Assembly (NCBI GenBank): GCA_001724265.1
Contig: MEDY01000272.1
Coordinates: 1 to 41,683 of the forward strand
Length of the DNA stretch: 41,683 bases
DNA from: Rhizaria sp. SCN 62-66
Taxonomy: Eukaryota
Direction of reading: 5' to 3'
The position numbers and the translations under genes are program-made. Below the pieces are notes generated by a model that was not told the DNA's origin, made no database searches, and saw nothing but the letters and a program-made list of their open reading frames with translations. Numbering within the stretch: position 1 is the first letter of the stretch; each line of letters begins with the position of its first letter. Of the stretch, positions 39,376-41,683 are shown in pieces.

Positions 39376-41683
39376 TGCGCGCCCCCAGCAGCGGCGTCGT
39401 CACGCATACCATCCCGCTGCCCCCGCGAGCGTTACCCGCGGCACCGGCACCGGCGCCGGCGGCCACGGGCGCGGGGCCGTCGTCGCAGTCCGAGGTCGCC
39501 GGTGAGATGTCATCGCCGACACTGTAGACCCCGGCCGCGGCGGCGACCTGCCAGGGCTGGCGACGCTGCAGGAACATCTGCCTCCGCGCGAGGCGCAGGT
39601 CACGCGTCCCGCTGGCCACGGTGCCGAGCGCGGAGCCTCTCGGCGTTTGATGCGACACGGGCGTATACACCGGCTCCTCGGAGTCGGACAACGTCGGCGG
39701 AGACATCTCTCCCGCTTCCTCTTCGCGCGCCGTGTACTCCTGCACCGCGCCCGCGCCGGCAGCGGCGGCACCGGTGGCCTGGCGGTCGAACGCCGTCTCC
39801 ACGGCCGCGATTGCGCGGTCGTTGTGCAGCGCAAGCGGCGACATATACGCCGAGTCGGCGCGCGGGTACGCGCGGTCGCAGCGTCCGGAGCGCAGCACGA
39901 TCTCGAGTGTCGCCGTGCGGTGAAATGTCTTTCTACCGCCGCCGCCGCCGCCACCGCCGAAGCCAACGCCGGCCTTGAGCCCTCCGCCCGCGGTCGCGGC
40001 CGCCGAGATGGCCGCGGCCGCGCGGGCAGCACCGACGCCCTTGCGCGCGCGCGCCTCAGGCATCGCGAACGGCGCCGCGCCACCCTTGGCCCCCGCGGCC
40101 CCGCCGGCGCCAAGCCCGCCCGCGGCGCCGTGGCCACCGAGGGCGAGACCGTGGCCGTGGGTGAAGGACGCTAGAGTCGCCGATCGCCCGCGCCCGCCTG
40201 CGGCGTCTGCAAGGGTCAGAGCGGCGCCGGTGCCGTGGTTGTGGCTGAGGCCGGCGCCCGCGAGGCCGCGAGGGACAGCGCCGTTGTGCGCGCCGGTGAC
40301 GGCGGCGGCGGAGCTGTTGTTGGTGTGCGCGGTAGCGTTGGCCACGATCATGCGCGACCGCTGCAGCGAGCCGTGGCGCGCAAGTCGGCCGAGCCCGCCC
40401 ACGCCGCCCGCGTTGCCGTCGGCGCCCGTGCCCGCGCTCGTGGAGAAGTTGAGGGGACGCGGCGGGCGCACGCCGGGCGAGGCGCCAGCGACCGGGGGCA
40501 ACTGCTGTTGTTGCTGTTGTTGCTGTAGATACGGCAAGCACACGCGCTCGAGCAGCAGACGCGCGTGTTTGCGGCGCGCCGCCGTAATGGTTTCGTTGGG
40601 GAACGATCCCAGCCAGCGGCCGAACATGGTCTCGACGAACCGGTCAGCGTCGAGCGGGGCGGCGGCGAACTCCTTGAGATTGGCGATGAGCTCACTGTGG
40701 TTCCCCGCGGCGAGGATACCCTTGGCGCCCAAGTGCAGCAGAGAGAGCGACGCACGGAACATCACCTTGGGCCCCTCGTAGATGAGGCAGTCCCAGACGC
40801 GCAGCAGCGCTTGCTGCGGGAGCGCGGTGGCGAGCACGGAGCTGTACCAGCGCCACGTCAGCGGGCCCAGCGGCACGGCCAGCGCGTCGAGCCGGCGCGC
40901 GACGCGGGGCAGCTTCGCCTCGCAGAGCTCCGCCAGCACGGCCTGGTCGACACGCAGCCCCGCCTCGTCTGACGAATGGTAATACAGCCGCCCGGGGGTT
41001 TGCGGGCCGAAACGTTCGCGCTGCGACTCGTCAACGGGCACGGCGCAGATGTCTTCGAGCATGTACACAAGCGCCCAGAACGCCGGCTCCTCGCCCAGCA
41101 TGAGCAGGATGACCGCCGCAAAGAAGCCCAGCGCGCGGTAGTCGCTCACCGCGGGCACACGAACCGCGAGCGCTCGCAGTACATTGCGCAGAGGCTCAAC
41201 ACCCTTGTCGTGCTGCGCGGCGGCCGCGAAGTCAAGCAGGGCGTCGATGGCCGTCGTGGCCTTCTGGTAGTGGTCACCGCGCACCGTCTCGAGCAGTCCG
41301 CGGTAATACTGCGGTCCGTAGGCGAGTTGCCGCTCTTCGATGCGCGCGAACTTGCCCCACACAGCGGGCCGCATCTCGGGCGGAATACCAGACCGGATGA
41401 GGGTCTTCATGCGCGCGGAGCGGACGAGTCCGCACTTGCGCACGTACGCCTGCCACGCGCGGCGCAGCCCGGCGTCGCTGTCCGCCGCGCTCGCAGCAGC
41501 AGCAGCAGCAGCGGCGGCGGCGGCGGCAGCTGGAAGGGAGGGCGCGGTGACCGTGGTGGGGCCACGCGGACGGCCACCGGGGGCAGCGGCGCCCGCGGCG
41601 GCTCCGGCGGCGGCGGCGGGGCCGTTGGCAGGCGCGGGGGCGAACAGCGCGGCCGCGGCGCCGGTGCCGGCGGCGGCGGCGGT
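34115..41683 (-). CDS. Very large (>2522 aa, 5'-truncated) protein: TBC/RabGAP-fold domain, polyproline region, about five complete and one partial LIM zinc-finger domains
   Basis: Frame is open to the window end. TBC features IRSGIPPEMRPAVW, LRNVLRA, EEPAFWALV, LLRVWDCLIYEGPKVMFRASLSLL (about 40570-41420). LIM patterns CxxC..HxxCxxCxxC..CxxH/D/C at about 37015-36860, 36830-36550, 36434-36255, 34845-34640 and 34622-34155. Confidence 0.9.

Noticed and set aside
21115-40982. Many long alternative-frame and antisense ORFs over Dsk2, ISWI and the TBC-LIM gene (and over the other GC-rich genes)
   Set aside because: Expected from stop-codon scarcity at high GC; translations are R/P/A-rich with no domain motifs.
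1-41683. CRISPR arrays, prokaryotic operons, transposons, rRNA or tRNA genes
   Set aside because: The sequence is eukaryotic with spliceosomal introns. No repeat-spacer array, terminal repeats or transposase/RT motifs were seen; the EEP gene has a PIP box and no RT, so it is not a LINE endonuclease. Small structured RNAs could be missed by eye.

Overview
Gene-dense, GC-rich eukaryotic (probably protist) nuclear DNA with AT- and pyrimidine-rich intergenic spacers. I can support 13 protein-coding genes (two truncated by the window edges) and six spliceosomal introns. In order: an unidentified 3' gene end; an SLC25A32-like mitochondrial carrier with a ~1000-aa N-terminal extension; a divergent ABCF ATPase; an APE2-type AP endonuclease; a tail-to-tail pair of divergent paralogues of an unrecognised 2TM/coiled-coil family; a 3xRRM protein; a WWE protein with a predicted myristoylation site; ubiquilin/Dsk2; the Golgi SNARE Gos1; mitoribosomal mS38; ISWI; and a >2500-aa TBC + polyproline + multi-LIM protein. 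No rRNA, tRNA, CRISPR array or intact mobile element is recognisable. Main signals: (1) Gos1 carries an in-frame TAG between two conserved halves while none of the 13 genes ends in TAG (7 TAA, 6 TGA); (2) all six introns begin GTACGY; (3) most start codons are preceded by an AG-depleted pyrimidine tract ending in YAG, mostly with no consensus donor upstream, which is compatible with SL trans-splicing; (4) the collinear paralogue pair; (5) apparently degenerate catalytic sites in the TBC and ABCF proteins. Family calls come from motifs recognised by eye; no searches were run.
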